This document shows positions 39,891-52,159 of a stretch of 64,000 bases of DNA, one piece after another. The DNA lies in NCBI GenBank assembly GCA_964016885.1, contig OZ024746.1, positions 60,016,001 to 60,080,000 on the forward strand, written 5' to 3'. The translations under genes and the position numbers were made by a program. The notes beneath the pieces are model-generated. The model ran no database searches. It had not been told where the DNA came from and saw only the letters and a list, made by a program, of their open reading frames with translations. The DNA is from Eledone cirrhosa (lineage: Eukaryota). The stretch's first letter is position 1. The number at the start of each line of letters is the position of its first letter.

Positions 39891-40234
39891 GGAGGCATAT
39901 GGCTTAGTGGTTAGAGCATTGGCCTTACAATCGAAAGGTTGTGAGTTCAATTCTCAGACTAGGTGATGTGTTGTTTCCTTGAGCAAGACACTTTATTTCA
40001 CATTGCTCCAGTTTACTCAGCTGTAGAAATGAGATGATAGGGACTGGGGTCCCTATCATTCCACTGTAAAGTGGTCGTGGAGGTGCCACGACAAAAAAGC
40101 ACCCAGCACTCACTGTAAATGAGGTTGGTGTTAGGAAGGGCATCCAACTGTAGAAATCAAGCCAGAATCAGTTCCCGTCCCACTCTTGCAAGCAGGGAAA
40201 AGCGGACGTAAAATGAAATGATGATGAAATGATG
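39891..40234 (+). mobile_element. tRNA-derived SINE with RTE-derived tail; further copies at 56932-57281 (+), about 22585-23020, about 17150-17530 and a head at 58760-59020 (-)
   Basis: A box TGGCTTAGTGG and B box GAGTTCAATTC; body 'ccttgagcaagacactttatttcacattgctccag'; 3' tail matches the RTE-B end (cccactcttgcaagcagggaaaagcggacgtaaaatga). Confidence 0.85.
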
Positions 40235-40239
40235 ATATA

Positions 40240-40965
40240 GCCTGTATTCAATACCTGCATGGAAGTGAAGTCTGAATGAGTATTCTCCACCACCAACTAA
40301 CTTACCATTTACCTCTGTGTCCCAGCTGACAGGAAAAAGAATATATTGCCCCAGAGGATGGCGAGGGAGACGTATTGAAACAGCCACTCCACCTTGTGGG
40401 GCTCACCAGACGTCACCACTGCTACAGGCTCTACCACAAATCTATCAGAGAGTGGTCGATAATTGGACTGTTTGCCCTCTTCGGCTTGGCAGGCAGCAGA
40501 GTCTGGGCTGGTAGATGAATGCGCCAGGTTGCAACTTGAGTAGGTGTTACAGCATGTGACATCCCAGATGAAGGGCCTACCCCCGCAGAACGGGCAGATT
40601 GTTATGCCGTTTGGCCTTTTGCCATCCCCACAGTCCAGCCCCACTGGCTCAAGCTGGGAAGGGAAGCCTGCGCCACCTAGGCCAAGCTTTATGAATTCGT
40701 TGAGAATGTGGGAGGCAGTAGCACTGTAATGGCATGACAATGGGTGGAGATCAAAAGGATCCACAATGGAACTGCAGCAGCATTTGTGAGGCTCACAGAT
40801 CCGGAGACCGAGCCTCGGGGAGACATCAATGTGCAAGCAGTCGCTGTACAGCTGAGTAAGGGAACTGCATTAAAACCAGACACCACTGTAAGGTTGGGAG
40901 ACGAAGCAGAAACAAGCCAGATGGTGCTGGTCGAGCTGGCACACCAGCCTGTCTAAATATCTCTG
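40240..40965 (-). mobile_element. CRE-clade non-LTR retrotransposon 3' fragment (CCHC plus restriction-like endonuclease)
   Basis: ORF 40309..40836: RLG..CEPHKC..VD..LHPLSC..LEPVGL..DGKRPNG.T..IWDVTC..AEEGK..Y..PVAVVTSG. Confidence 0.8.
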
Positions 40966-41231
40966 GGATTGCACTATACACATACACACATACACACATA
41001 CACTATATATATATATTAGCATAGTAGCTTTAATTTAGTAATTCCTTGATTACAACATTCTATGTAAAGATATTTGAATCCTCAATTTTCCTTCATCTCT
41101 CCCTCTTGTCACTCCTACCATTGGCCCTATTACATTTTATATTCATTTAAGTCAATTACAATAAATTTCTTCCACATTTTCTTTAATCATTATCAAACAT
41201 ATATACTCTAAATTACAATGACTTTAACATA

Positions 41232-41736
41232 CCATATATACTCGTCTATAGGCCAAGAAATATGTGACATCAAAATTGATGGTAAAATAAGGGTTCGGCT
41301 TATATTTTAGGTCAATATTTTGCCTATTTTCACCAACTTCAAATTCTATGTTAAATGAAGTGCTAATACATTGGTTTTACTTTGGAGGTGAATATTATAC
41401 TGGTTTCACGTTGGAGGTGAAATTTGTTTTTCCTATTATGTTTTGAATGAATATGGTCTTGAAAATGGTTGGAAATTAATAAAAAATCATTATGTAATGG
41501 AGTTGTGAAACAAAAACTATATTCTAAACAACACTTAAAACATTTTAAATATCAAAATATTGAAACTTCATAAATATATTCTCCACTCATGAGAATTTCA
41601 AAACCGTACCATCTAAACATAATGTATTGTTAAGCTGACTTGGCTTATACACAGGGTTTAGATTTTTGCCTATTTCTCAGTCATAAAATAGTGGGTTGGC
41701 TTATATTTGAATTGTCTTATATTCGAGTATATATGG
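41232..41736. mobile_element. Tc1/mariner-superfamily (pogo/Tc2-like) MITE
   Basis: Perfect 13-bp TIR CCATATATACTCG / CGAGTATATATGG with TA duplication; no coding capacity. Confidence 0.75.
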
Positions 41737-42418
41737 TATATATCTATGTCTGTCTATCTTTTGACTGCTATTAAGATTTGGAGTTTATTGTCATTTTTGT
41801 TATTGTCCGAAGATGGTTACATTGATGAATTTACATAAGTACATAACTATAGAATGACAGATAGACAGACAGAACGACAGATAGGGAGGTAAGTAGGCAG
41901 ATATATAGATAGACAGGAAGGTCGATAGGCATGCAGACATGAAGATAAATAGATAGAGAGATAGGTAGACAGACAGACAGATAGATATATAGAAAAATAG
42001 GTAGATAGACAGATAGATACATAGGTAAGTGGCTATAAATAGCTGCTGTATGACCATTAAGGGCGATTTGGCTACTATTTCTAACATGCTCTATGGCTTT
42101 TGAAGGTGATTTGACCTCTATGTTTAGCATTTTACAAAACATTACATTGTGTGATTCAAAATAGTTTGGCAGCTATTTCTATGTGTGTGCATTTATATAC
42201 ATACATCAGTATCAGCATCACCATTTAAAGTTCACTTTTTCCACACTTGTGTGGGTTAGATGGGTCATCCGCGTTATGCGATAAGTCTGGCCAGTTGACC
42301 ACACCATACTTTGCTCAAACGGAACTGTATTTTGGCTGGGTTTTTTTTATAGCTGGATGCCCTTCCTAATACAACTACATCTATCTATCTATCTATCTAT
42401 CTATATATCTATCTATAT

Positions 42419-42535
42419 AAATCGACTAACTTTTAAATTCCATCTGTGATAACATTTTACACGTTTTTATTGTATGTAAACTTCCCCCTTTGTATTTGTC
42501 CCCTTCTTTTGTGCCCCTGTGGCTAATAAAGAAAT
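42419..42535 (+). mobile_element. Short 3'-end copy of the same Tx1-like element
   Basis: About 115 bp identical by eye to 47178-47294, preceded by (CTAT)n. Confidence 0.8.
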
Positions 42536-42560
42536 ATATCTATATATATACATCTATCAC

Positions 42561-42594
<34 letters not shown>

Positions 42595-42859
42595 ATATGA
42601 AGTAATTCCGTCGGAAAGGTACAGGAAAAAAGCTGTTATTACATAATTATATATATATAACAAAGAGGGTGTGGTAAGATACCAGGTGGACCATAACGCA
42701 CCAGAGTACTCGATACTTAGGGTAGTAGAGTGGGTAATATGAAAAGAGTCAGGACCCCGACAGCTCAGCTGTGGCTGTTCCAACAGCGAGATCTGAAAAG
42801 ATCTCGCTGTCGAAACAGCCAGAGCTCAGCCATCAGGGTCCTGACTCTTTTCATATATA

Positions 42860-44258
42860 TCATCATCATTTTACATCCGCTTTTCCCTGCTTGCAAGGGT
42901 TGGACGGGTCCTATTCAGCACAGCATCTCTCCACTTGTCACAGTCCTTCGTCATCTCGATGAGTTTCAGCGATCTGAGGTCTGCTCTCACCACCTCCGCC
43001 CATGTTTTTCGTGGTCTACCTCTACTGCGTCTTTCTTCTACTGGGATTTCTTGGCACTTCCTTACCCAGCGGTCATACTCCATGCACATCACATGTCCAT
43101 ACCATCTCAGCCTTCTCTCCTGCACACCACAACTTATCCCACTTATACCTAGTTTCTTTCTCAGCTTGTCTATGTTTGGTCGTTCACGCACATTGACATT
43201 GCACATCCAACGGAGCATACTTGCTTCATTTCTGTCCAGCCGTCGCATATCCTCTGCAGGTGCTGCCCATGTCTCACTACCATGCAGCATCGCGCATTTC
43301 ACACAGGCATCATATAACCATCCTTTCGTACGTAGGGCGAAACCCTTCTTTGTCAACAGAGGAAGCAGCTCCCTAAACTTCTTCCATCCTGTCCTTATTC
43401 TAGATACTATGGCCTTGGAACACCCCCCTCCCATGCTAATCTGATCACCTAGGTACCGGAAGCTATCAACCAATTCTATAGAACCCACCTGCATTGGAAA
43501 AATGTGTCTATCACTGCGATTACTACTGCCAACTTTCCCTGTACATCTACTGCATACATAGTTTTCCCTACCTGTTAGTTTGCCTGCTATCCAACTACAT
43601 CTCTTGTGTACCCAAGATCTGCATTGTGTACATTTTATGGAATTTATGCCAGTTCCTTTCCTACATATCGAACACGGTCATTTCCCTGATGGAATCAGAG
43701 TATTGTCCTCTCTTCTACTTATCATCACTTTTGTCTTAGCTATGTTCACTCTCAGACCTGATTCCAACTGCTGTTTCCATAGCCAGAATTTATTCTCTAG
43801 CTCCTCTACTGATTCTGTTATAAGAACCAGATCATCAGCATAGAGAAGTTCCCATGGGCATTCAGTCTTAAACTCCTCTGTTATGGCTTGGAGGACTATA
43901 ATGAACAAGAGCGGGTTGAGGACCGAACCCTGATGTACACCTACTTGAATCTGGAATTCCTCACTAAACTCCTTGCCTACTCTCACTTTACTGACAGCAC
44001 CCCTGTACATAGCTTGCACTGTCCTCACAAGCCATTCCTCTATACCTAGTTTCCTTAGTGACCACCAGATGACAGATCGGGGGTACCCTATCAAAGGCCT
44101 TCTCTAGATCACCAAAAGCTAAGTATAGTGGCTTATTCTTCTCTAAGAACTTCTCTTGTAGTTGCCTCACTAAGAAGAGGGCATCTGTTGTACTTTTCCG
44201 GGGCACAAAACCAAACTGCATCTCATCTAATTTGATCCTTTCTCTAATCAGTTGCGCT
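42860..44258 (-). mobile_element. RTE family B, 5'-truncated and frameshifted
   Basis: ORFs 43988..44221, 43678..44094 and 42871..43494 ([44 protein letters not shown]); (ATC)n tail. Confidence 0.92.
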
Positions 44259-44681
44259 AATATATATAATAATATTTATAAGTGGCACTAACATAGTGTG
44301 GTTCATCATAGAGGTGTATCATCATCATCATCGTTTAACGTCCAAAGCACAGTTCCCATGACTTTCGGAAACATTTTTTCACGCTCAGAGTTGCTGAAGC
44401 ATGGAACAAACTACCTGCATCAGTTGTTAGCTGTCGAGACACTGCATCCTTTAAGGCCTCCATGCTTCCCGAGATCCGCCAACACTACAGCTAACACATA
44501 CAAACATGTACTTCCCTGACATTTGTGTATTATTCTATGTACTATATTGACGAGTTGTAGTGCACCTGAGCACTTTACACAATAATTTCATTATTATTAT
44601 CTTCCACGCTTGCACTATATAAGATATGTTTATGTATAATAAATAAATATATGAGAGGTTTTAACTTATTTTATCTCATTA

Positions 44682-44740
44682 GTGAGTAAATGTCACTGAT
44701 GATGGATAAAAATCCAGAAATAACTATCTGGCATTCTCAC
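44682..44740 (+). ncRNA. Type I hammerhead ribozyme
   Basis: AAUGUCA-CUGAUGA-UGGAU(AAAA)AUCCA-GAAA-UAACUA-UC^UGGCAUU. Stem I extends through GUGAG/CUCAC. Confidence 0.8.
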
Positions 44741-45086
44741 CACTATTGAGATAGCTGTGGCATAATCACAGCTTTAAAAATATTCACAGCTACAACAAAT
44801 GAAGTATCTTGCTCAACGACACATTGCATTACTACAAATCAACCTCATGACTTTACAATAATGAGCAATCATATATATATAATTGTTTCTACTTTAGGCA
44901 CAAGGCCAGCAATTACCCAGTGCATTACTGGTACTTTATTTTATCGACCCCGTAAGGATGAAAGGCAAAGTCAACCTCGGCGGGATTTGAACTCAGATCG
45001 TAAAGGGGCGTAACTCTGCTGGAAAGCATGGCGTCCGACCCTCTACCGATACTGCCAATCCACCTTACAATCATATATATATAATG

Positions 45087-45123
<37 letters not shown>

Positions 45124-45433
45124 TTATGTACATATATATTCAAAATAGGGTGTGCACAGGACAAAGACAATGGAAAAAAAACCGGAAAGACAAACAGTCC
45201 CATCTCCTCAGTCAACCGCTGGAAATCACTATGGTTTCGGCTCATTAAGGTTGATACCATTCATTCCAGTGCACATTGGGACACAACAAAGCAGGTAGAG
45301 ACAACTTATGCCTTTAAGCAAATTACACAAATACAAAGTACAAACACACACCTGTAAAAATACCACCCTTTGAAGGAGGGTGTGTGTTTTTGTGTGTGAT
45401 AGATGTGTCAAATGTTAGATAGATGGTACTCAC

Positions 45434-46310
45434 CGAATCACAAATACCTGAACATCAGAGTCAGCTTCCAATTTAATTGGAACGTAGAAGAGTGAGCCTG
45501 GACGGTATGTTGCCGTGGGAACAGAGATAATGACGTGTTTCTCTTCTATGTCTTTGTACTCCTCATCGTTGGATGAAAGCGAGAGGGAGGTCAGGTAGCG
45601 TCGGTTATCTGCAACTGTTGTTGCAGCTGCCTCAAGCATGGCAGCAGCATCTGTTGCATTAAATGGCATTGCTGCACCTGCAGAGACGTACGTGGGCTTG
45701 CCGCACTCCTCATTCTTGCTGATGCCAGTCACTTTGTAGTAGACAGTGACCATTGTCTTGTTTGGAGATGACCACCACTCCTGCGGCACCTCCACTCCGG
45801 CCACGCAACCGTTGTACTTGTCGTTGAGAAGGCAGGCAGCGGTCATCTCATCATCGAGATGCTGCACGAACACCTGCCCACACCAACGACGCCTCGATGG
45901 AAACGTTGACAGCAACAGTGCTGCCTGTTTGCCGGGTGTGGCACCACCACCATTATCTCCTCGATTACTTCCACCACTGCCAACGTTGGCCATCATCCCA
46001 GCGTGGATGAGGATTTGCAACATGGGGCTGTCCGGTGTGATCTTGGAGGACACTAAGTGGACGCTGATGTCTCGACCGTCCATTGTGAAACGGTCAAGAA
46101 TGTTGGAATCATTGTACGTTGATGTGTCCAGCAGGTGTCTGGGAATAGGTTTCTCAGAGAAGAAAGGCCCTAGTTGGGCCTGTACCACTGGTAACTCCCC
46201 AGTTGGTTCTGTTATAATTAGGGATTCCTGCTGTGTCTGGGGACTGTGATGTTGAAATTTCAGGAAGTATCCATCCTTTGGGTTTTTTAACCTGATATCC
46301 ACTCCACTCA
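45434..46310 (-). CDS. TMEM132: TMEM132-family protein, large N-terminal coding exon (probable exon 2)
   Basis: ORF 45430..46311 (..LPVVQAQLGPFFSEKPIP..ISVHLVSSKITPDSPMLQILIH..CVAGVEVPQEWW..VIISVPTATYRPGSLFYVPIKL..FVIR) resembles the TMEM132 N-terminal region. Acceptor tttgcag| and donor CG|gtgagt; 877 bp, phase 1 to phase 2. Confidence 0.9.
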
Positions 46311-46707
46311 CTGCAAATATAAAATAAAATAAGAGTTAAAAATATATTGCAATGATCATGATAGTAATGATAGTGATGATAATAATCATGATGAGTTTTG
46401 CGATTGCTCACTGACCACACAACACTATATATATATATAGGGTTCTAATTTGGGAATTGGAGTATAGCTAGCAAAAATGAAGTCATCAACTAAATCAGAA
46501 TAGTGTATAAGGAGATTTATTCATATTCCTGCAACAGGATCATGATGTTTCATCAAAGCATATGTTTAGTAAACTTCAGAAAAAAGAAAAATATGAATAC
46601 ATTTTGCTGAAACTTCATAACCTTGTAATAATGTATTCTTATATACATATATATCATCATCATCATCATCATCATCATATCTATCTATCTATCTATCTAT
46701 CTATCTA

Positions 46708-47294
46708 CCTGTGGGGCTATGTAGAACGACTATTGTCGCGGGTGGGACCAATCCAGTTGACCACCGAGTCCATTATCATGATCAAACCGCCACCCTCCTT
46801 CAAAAACGAAGGAGAGGCGGTTTTCCTTTGTGTGATAGCTATGGCGAAAGAGGTTGTATGGTGGACAAGGTTGAAAGGGCTGAGGTCAGACACCTTTCTC
46901 TCCGGCCAACAACTGATTCTTTTTTTCAAATACCACTTTGGAAGAAGAATCAGGATGGAGAGAGAGGTGCTGTACCCCAGCAAGTTTTATGAAAGGTGGG
47001 TGAAAGTGGCGAGAATGGCTCGAGTGAATGGGCCTTCTCTCTATATCAGCCTGTAGGTTGAGGAAAAGGAGGAGGAGAGGAAAGGAGTACAAGCTCTTCG
47101 TACTCCTGGAGATGAGGGTTGCACATTTTTTTTCGGGGGTATGTGTTACCCATATAAACTGTCTCCCTCTATTGGGGAAAATCGACTAACTTTTAAATTC
47201 CATCTGTGATAACATTTTACACGTTTTTATTGTATGTAAACTTCCCCCTTTGTATTTGTCCCCTTCTTTTGTGCCCCTGTGGCTAATAAAGAAA
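46708..47294 (+). mobile_element. Tx1/L1-like LINE 3' end embedded in (CTAT)n
   Basis: ORF2 C-terminus-like LWGYVERLL..IAMAKEVVWWTRLK..RRIRMER..FYERW; 3' UTR ends AATAAAGAAA; (CTAT)n on both sides. Confidence 0.75.
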
Positions 47295-47356
47295 TCTATC
47301 TATCTATCTATCTATCTATCTATATATATATATATATATATCCATCCATCCATAAC

Positions 47357-48045
47357 ATCATCATCATCATACATCTATTTTCCACATTAGCATGGGTTAG
47401 ACGAGTTGTCCCATTGTGATCCAAGCCAGATCAGGTGACCATGTCTTGCTCATACAGAACTAATCTAGGCTTGGTTTCTATTAGATACCCTTCCTAATGC
47501 CAACCACATTTACAGTGTGTACTGGGTGTTTTTTTACCATGACACCTACATAACCTCTTTACAGTGTGGGGTGGGCACTTTTTGACGTGTCACCAACACG
47601 ACCTCTTTACAGTGTGGACTGGGGCTTGTGAGGAGGTAAATCTAGGGGTGCAAGTGGGGGTGGGATGTTAGGACATCAGTGGAGTGTTAGGACATCGGCG
47701 GAGTGTTAGGATATGGGTGTAGTGTTATGACGTGGGAGGTGTAAGGAAGGGGTAATTGAGGGGAAGGTGGTGCATACTAGATGTATGGTCCAACCTGTGC
47801 TACTGCATAATGCCAGAGATCATGGTTCTGTGTCATTGCCTGACATCAGAGGTGTAATTGTGCAAGGTCAGCTTTTATTACCTCATCCCAAATCTTCCTA
47901 GGTCTTCCTACTCCATAGCTTCCATGTACCTTTTTGTACAGCTATCATCTTTCATACGCATCACATGTCCATACCAAAGGAATCTCCTCTCCTATGCACT
48001 ACATTAATCCCCTCTTATGCCCAGTTCAGTTATGCTTTACAGTTC

Positions 48046-48050
<5 letters not shown>
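47357..48050 (-). mobile_element. Degraded RTE 3' end
   Basis: ATC tail, the shared 'cccttcctaatgccaaccacatttacagtgtg' UTR, and [11 protein letters not shown] / GRPRKIW remnants. Confidence 0.7.
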
Positions 48051-48084
<34 letters not shown>

Positions 48085-49269
48085 TGTATGTATTGTATAT
48101 GTAATAATATACTGTATGTTTAGTTAAAAACATATATAACGGATTTTAATAAACCTGAACAAAATGAATATGGCCTCAGAGTTTTTATTGATATTTATAT
48201 ATATATATATCAATAAAAACTCTGAGTCCATATTCATTTGGTTCAGGTTTATTAAAATCCATTATATATATTTCGCTGAGGACTATCAGTTACAACAGAT
48301 GGTAAGCCTATAAAACAATGAAAAGAGGGCTGGCTGGACGTGTGATGTTAGTTCCTGTAGGGGCTGACCGTTGAGGATACAGAGATCAGAGAGTTGCTCT
48401 AGGTAGAGCCACTTCTTCCCTGAATAAATCTCCGGTACTATGGACTTGCAGTTAGAATGTCTAAAGAAAGAATCTCTGGACAGATTTTATGGGAAAAGGT
48501 AGACCACGAGCAAGAGCATTAGATAGTATCAATGATCTTGTTAGGTCTCATTTGAGGATCCAGCCAGATCAAGTGGAAACCCAAATTGTAAGCCCAAACA
48601 TACATATAAATGAAAATTTTTTGGTTTTCTTTCCAATTCATATTTATGCTCTGTGATGCTATTTATTTTTCAATCTTTTGTATTTTACCCCTTGGATTTA
48701 TTTGATCTGCACAATTAATAATCATAACAAAACATTGAGCTTTCAATCATCTTGTCTAGTCAAAACTAAGTGGATATTTCCATTTATAAATCTATATATA
48801 TATATATATATCAGGATAAAACTAGATTTAAACTAGTTAGACCATTTCTCAATATTTTGGATAATGGAGCATGACTATATTATATATACGTTCATGTATA
48901 TTACTATTTATATATATATATAAGGTAAAGGGGTTAACCGAACAGAGATGTGTGGACCATATGATGGTCTGTCAGTCATGAAGTAGATAAAAGAAAGTGT
49001 TCAACAACTTGTATTAAAGTGTAAGGTGGACAATATATATCAATAAAAAATCCGAAGCCATATTCATTTGGTTCAGGTTTATTAAAATCCTTTATATATA
49101 TATTTCATTGAGGACTATCAGTTATGAAAGCCTGAGCTCCTCAGACAGTAAACCTATAAAACAATGAAATTTCATAAAAAACCTTAAAGTTTGGAAAAGG
49201 TTTACTTTTCTTGATACAGAGGGCTGGCCGGACGTGTGATGTTATTTCCTCAACGGTCAGCCCTGTAGG

Positions 49270-49870
49270 TCTTGATACCACTTCCAACCTGGCTGCACAT
49301 GTCAATCCTGTTCATGAAGAGTATGAACAGGAGAGGTGACAGTACACACCCTTGGTAGTTATCCTATTATAAGGGTATTCATTTAGGAACTTCAAAGCAT
49401 CAAGAAGCTGCCCATCGATCCCCCAATCCTGCAGAACAAGCCCCATGGAACATGGTTGTATGCCTTTTTGAGGTCTATGAAACATAAACCTCTTGGCAGT
49501 ACTCCAATGATTTGTTGAAGACCTGCCGTTGTAAGAATATTTGTTCAGCTGTGTTTCATCTGGAGCAGAAACTAAACTATTTGTCAGTTAATTTGGACTC
49601 AACAATATCCCTTTGCCAGATACTTAACAGACTTTATTGAGGAGGTTTAGCAAGGAGATTCCACTATAATTAGAGTAATCTCTCTTGTTTCCCCTTTAGA
49701 AAATTGGGATTATCACTCCCTATTGCCATTCCTTTGATGTCTTTCCAGAGATCCAGGCCAGCTGGCACACCTGAGTCAGCCAGAGAATACCTTCTCCATT
49801 TAAGGCACTTAACATCTCGGGTCAAATTTCATCCTCCTATGAGGCCTTGCCATATTTGAGTTCTTTTACT
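49270..49870 (-). mobile_element. Old RTE/Expander-like RT fragment
   Basis: Minus-strand remnants PEMLSALNGEGILWLTQVCQLAW..GVIIPI.KG..DYSNYSGISLL and GCVLSPLLFILFMNRI. Confidence 0.7.
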
Positions 49871-52159
49871 TGCTTTTGTGACCGTAGATTCAAAGGCCTA
49901 TTATATTTATATGTTCATATTTAAATTTAAACCTTCCATCATAATTCTATTCAAGAAATGTTTGTGAAGTTATGTTCCAAACACCAGCTTAAACACAAGG
50001 TTTAGTAATATTACAAAATCCTGCTGATTTTCAAAATTTATTAGAAATGTGTTAATGATATTGTTAATGTACAAGTTATACCTAATATATAACTTACACT
50101 AACCCTAACTAAATTGACATTCGAACCACAAACCACAACATAACATAGAAACATCAGCAACAGGCCAACACATGATATGTCATATAATACAGTAAGTATG
50201 TCTTGACTTGTCTCAAGTATTTCTATCATGTTAACAGTGGCTACCTCATTCTACCTACCCCCTCTCTTTCTCTTCCTTTTCCCCACACCTTTCTAGAAGT
50301 GGTGGCAACTTCTCTCCCACTCCCACTCTCTACTAGTATCTGCGTCTATCCTCTCTTTCTCTTTCTCCTGGTATCTGCATCTATCCTTCTCCCCCCCCCC
50401 CACTCCTTATTGGTAACAGTGGTTACCCCCCTCTCTCTCTGTAGTAGTATCTCTATCTTCTCTCTTTTTTCTTTTCTACTCTCCACTGATAGAAGTGGTT
50501 CTCTCTCTCTTCTACACACACACTCTCTCTCTCTCCCCCTCTCCCCCCTCTATCTCTCTATCCAGGTATCTGTGCCTATTTTTTCTTTCTCTCTTTCCCT
50601 GTAGCAATGTCTATGGCATTGTTTCCTGTCTCAGTCCCACATTCCATCCATCACCACTCCAGCCTCTCACCACTGTGTTTCCTCTCATTGTTCATCTTTT
50701 TCAGATTCTATATACTCACACACCCCACACATATATACATACCCAAATACATACAAACACACAAACATACTAGTCAATTTTGTAAGTTTATGAAGATTAT
50801 ATACAGCATATATACACACACACGTTTAAATACATACCTGTTCAGTATATATACATAGAGAATATTCACTGTGATACCTGTCTGTGGTGTATAACATACA
50901 GAGACAGACAGTGTTCTAATTACATCCGTGACCTACTTATGGTAAATAACTGCAACAATGGTCAGTAGTGCTGTTGTTCTTGTTGTATAACTCCAGGTAA
51001 ACTCTCATCAAAGAGACCTATGATACATCGTAGTCAAGGTGTGTTCCACAAATCCAGTATTCTTACTTATCCCTAGAGGTATCTATATGTCTGGCTGTCT
51101 GTCTGTGTCTCTCTTTCTAATTGATAATCTTTATTAATTAAGCTATGTAATATACCAAGGGTGACTTCTCAGTAGTGATTTATATAAAGGCTGTCTTGGT
51201 TATTAGCTCTCATTGAAAAAGTTTTTTATTTTTTAAATATTATTACTATTCTCGGGGCTGAGGCATATATATCTAGTAGGCAACACCTTCTCCTACTATC
51301 TCCCCTCCCATAAACCTCCATTGCAATCATCCCACCCCTATACCTACGTCCTCGATTTCCCCATGCATCTTCCCCACCCCACCCTTCTCAAGTTCCCAAC
51401 ACCCTCCATAAAGTGATCCCCCCTCCCCCGAGCCATGGCAAAAGAGATCAGCCCACACTATATAATGGTCATGTAGGTGTCATGACAAAAAGTGCCCAGT
51501 CCTCACTGTAAAGTGGTCATGTAGGTGTCACAACAAAAAGCACTTAGCATACTCTGTAAATGTGGTTGGCATTAGGAAGGGCATCCAGCCATAGAAATCA
51601 AGCCAAAACCAGTTCTGTGTGAGCGAATTACAGTCCCCAACTTGATCTCTCACAAAGGGACAGCCCGTCCTACCCATGCTAGCGTGGAAGATGGACATTA
51701 AATGATGATGATGATGATGATTGTTATTGGTGAATTGGCAGATTCATGCCCATATACATTTACATATATGTAATCATATATGTTTACATAGGCAGGCTAT
51801 ATTTTCATACACACACATTCATGCATGTTTACATTCACGGCTGTAGATTGTGCCAAGTCATAAGGCCAAACTATCTATGTAACATATCTGCTTGATCTAG
51901 GATAACCATTTAGGATGGAGTTACACATACACAAAAAACAGTAATCTCCCACCACAAACCCACCCATCAGTGAAATCATCAACTACACCACATTCTCCTT
52001 CTTCATACCACCACCAACACAGTGGGCCAAGGGAGCCTCTGTGGTAGGTAAATTTGCCAGAGATAGTAATCAAATCTCCCTTAAAGCTTATCCTTCCATT
52101 TTATAAAAGGGGAAAGTACATAAGATAATGTAGTCCTATGTGTAGACAATAAGGATTAA

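Noticed and set aside
39891-39965. Possible tRNA gene
   Set aside because: The A/B boxes continue into a SINE body and RTE tail; no complete cloverleaf.
50041-50229. Hydrophobic minus-strand ORF as candidate TMEM132 signal-peptide exon
   Set aside because: The good donors (AGT|gtaagt, AGG|gttagt) are phase 0, whereas the next exon needs phase 1; there is no other support.
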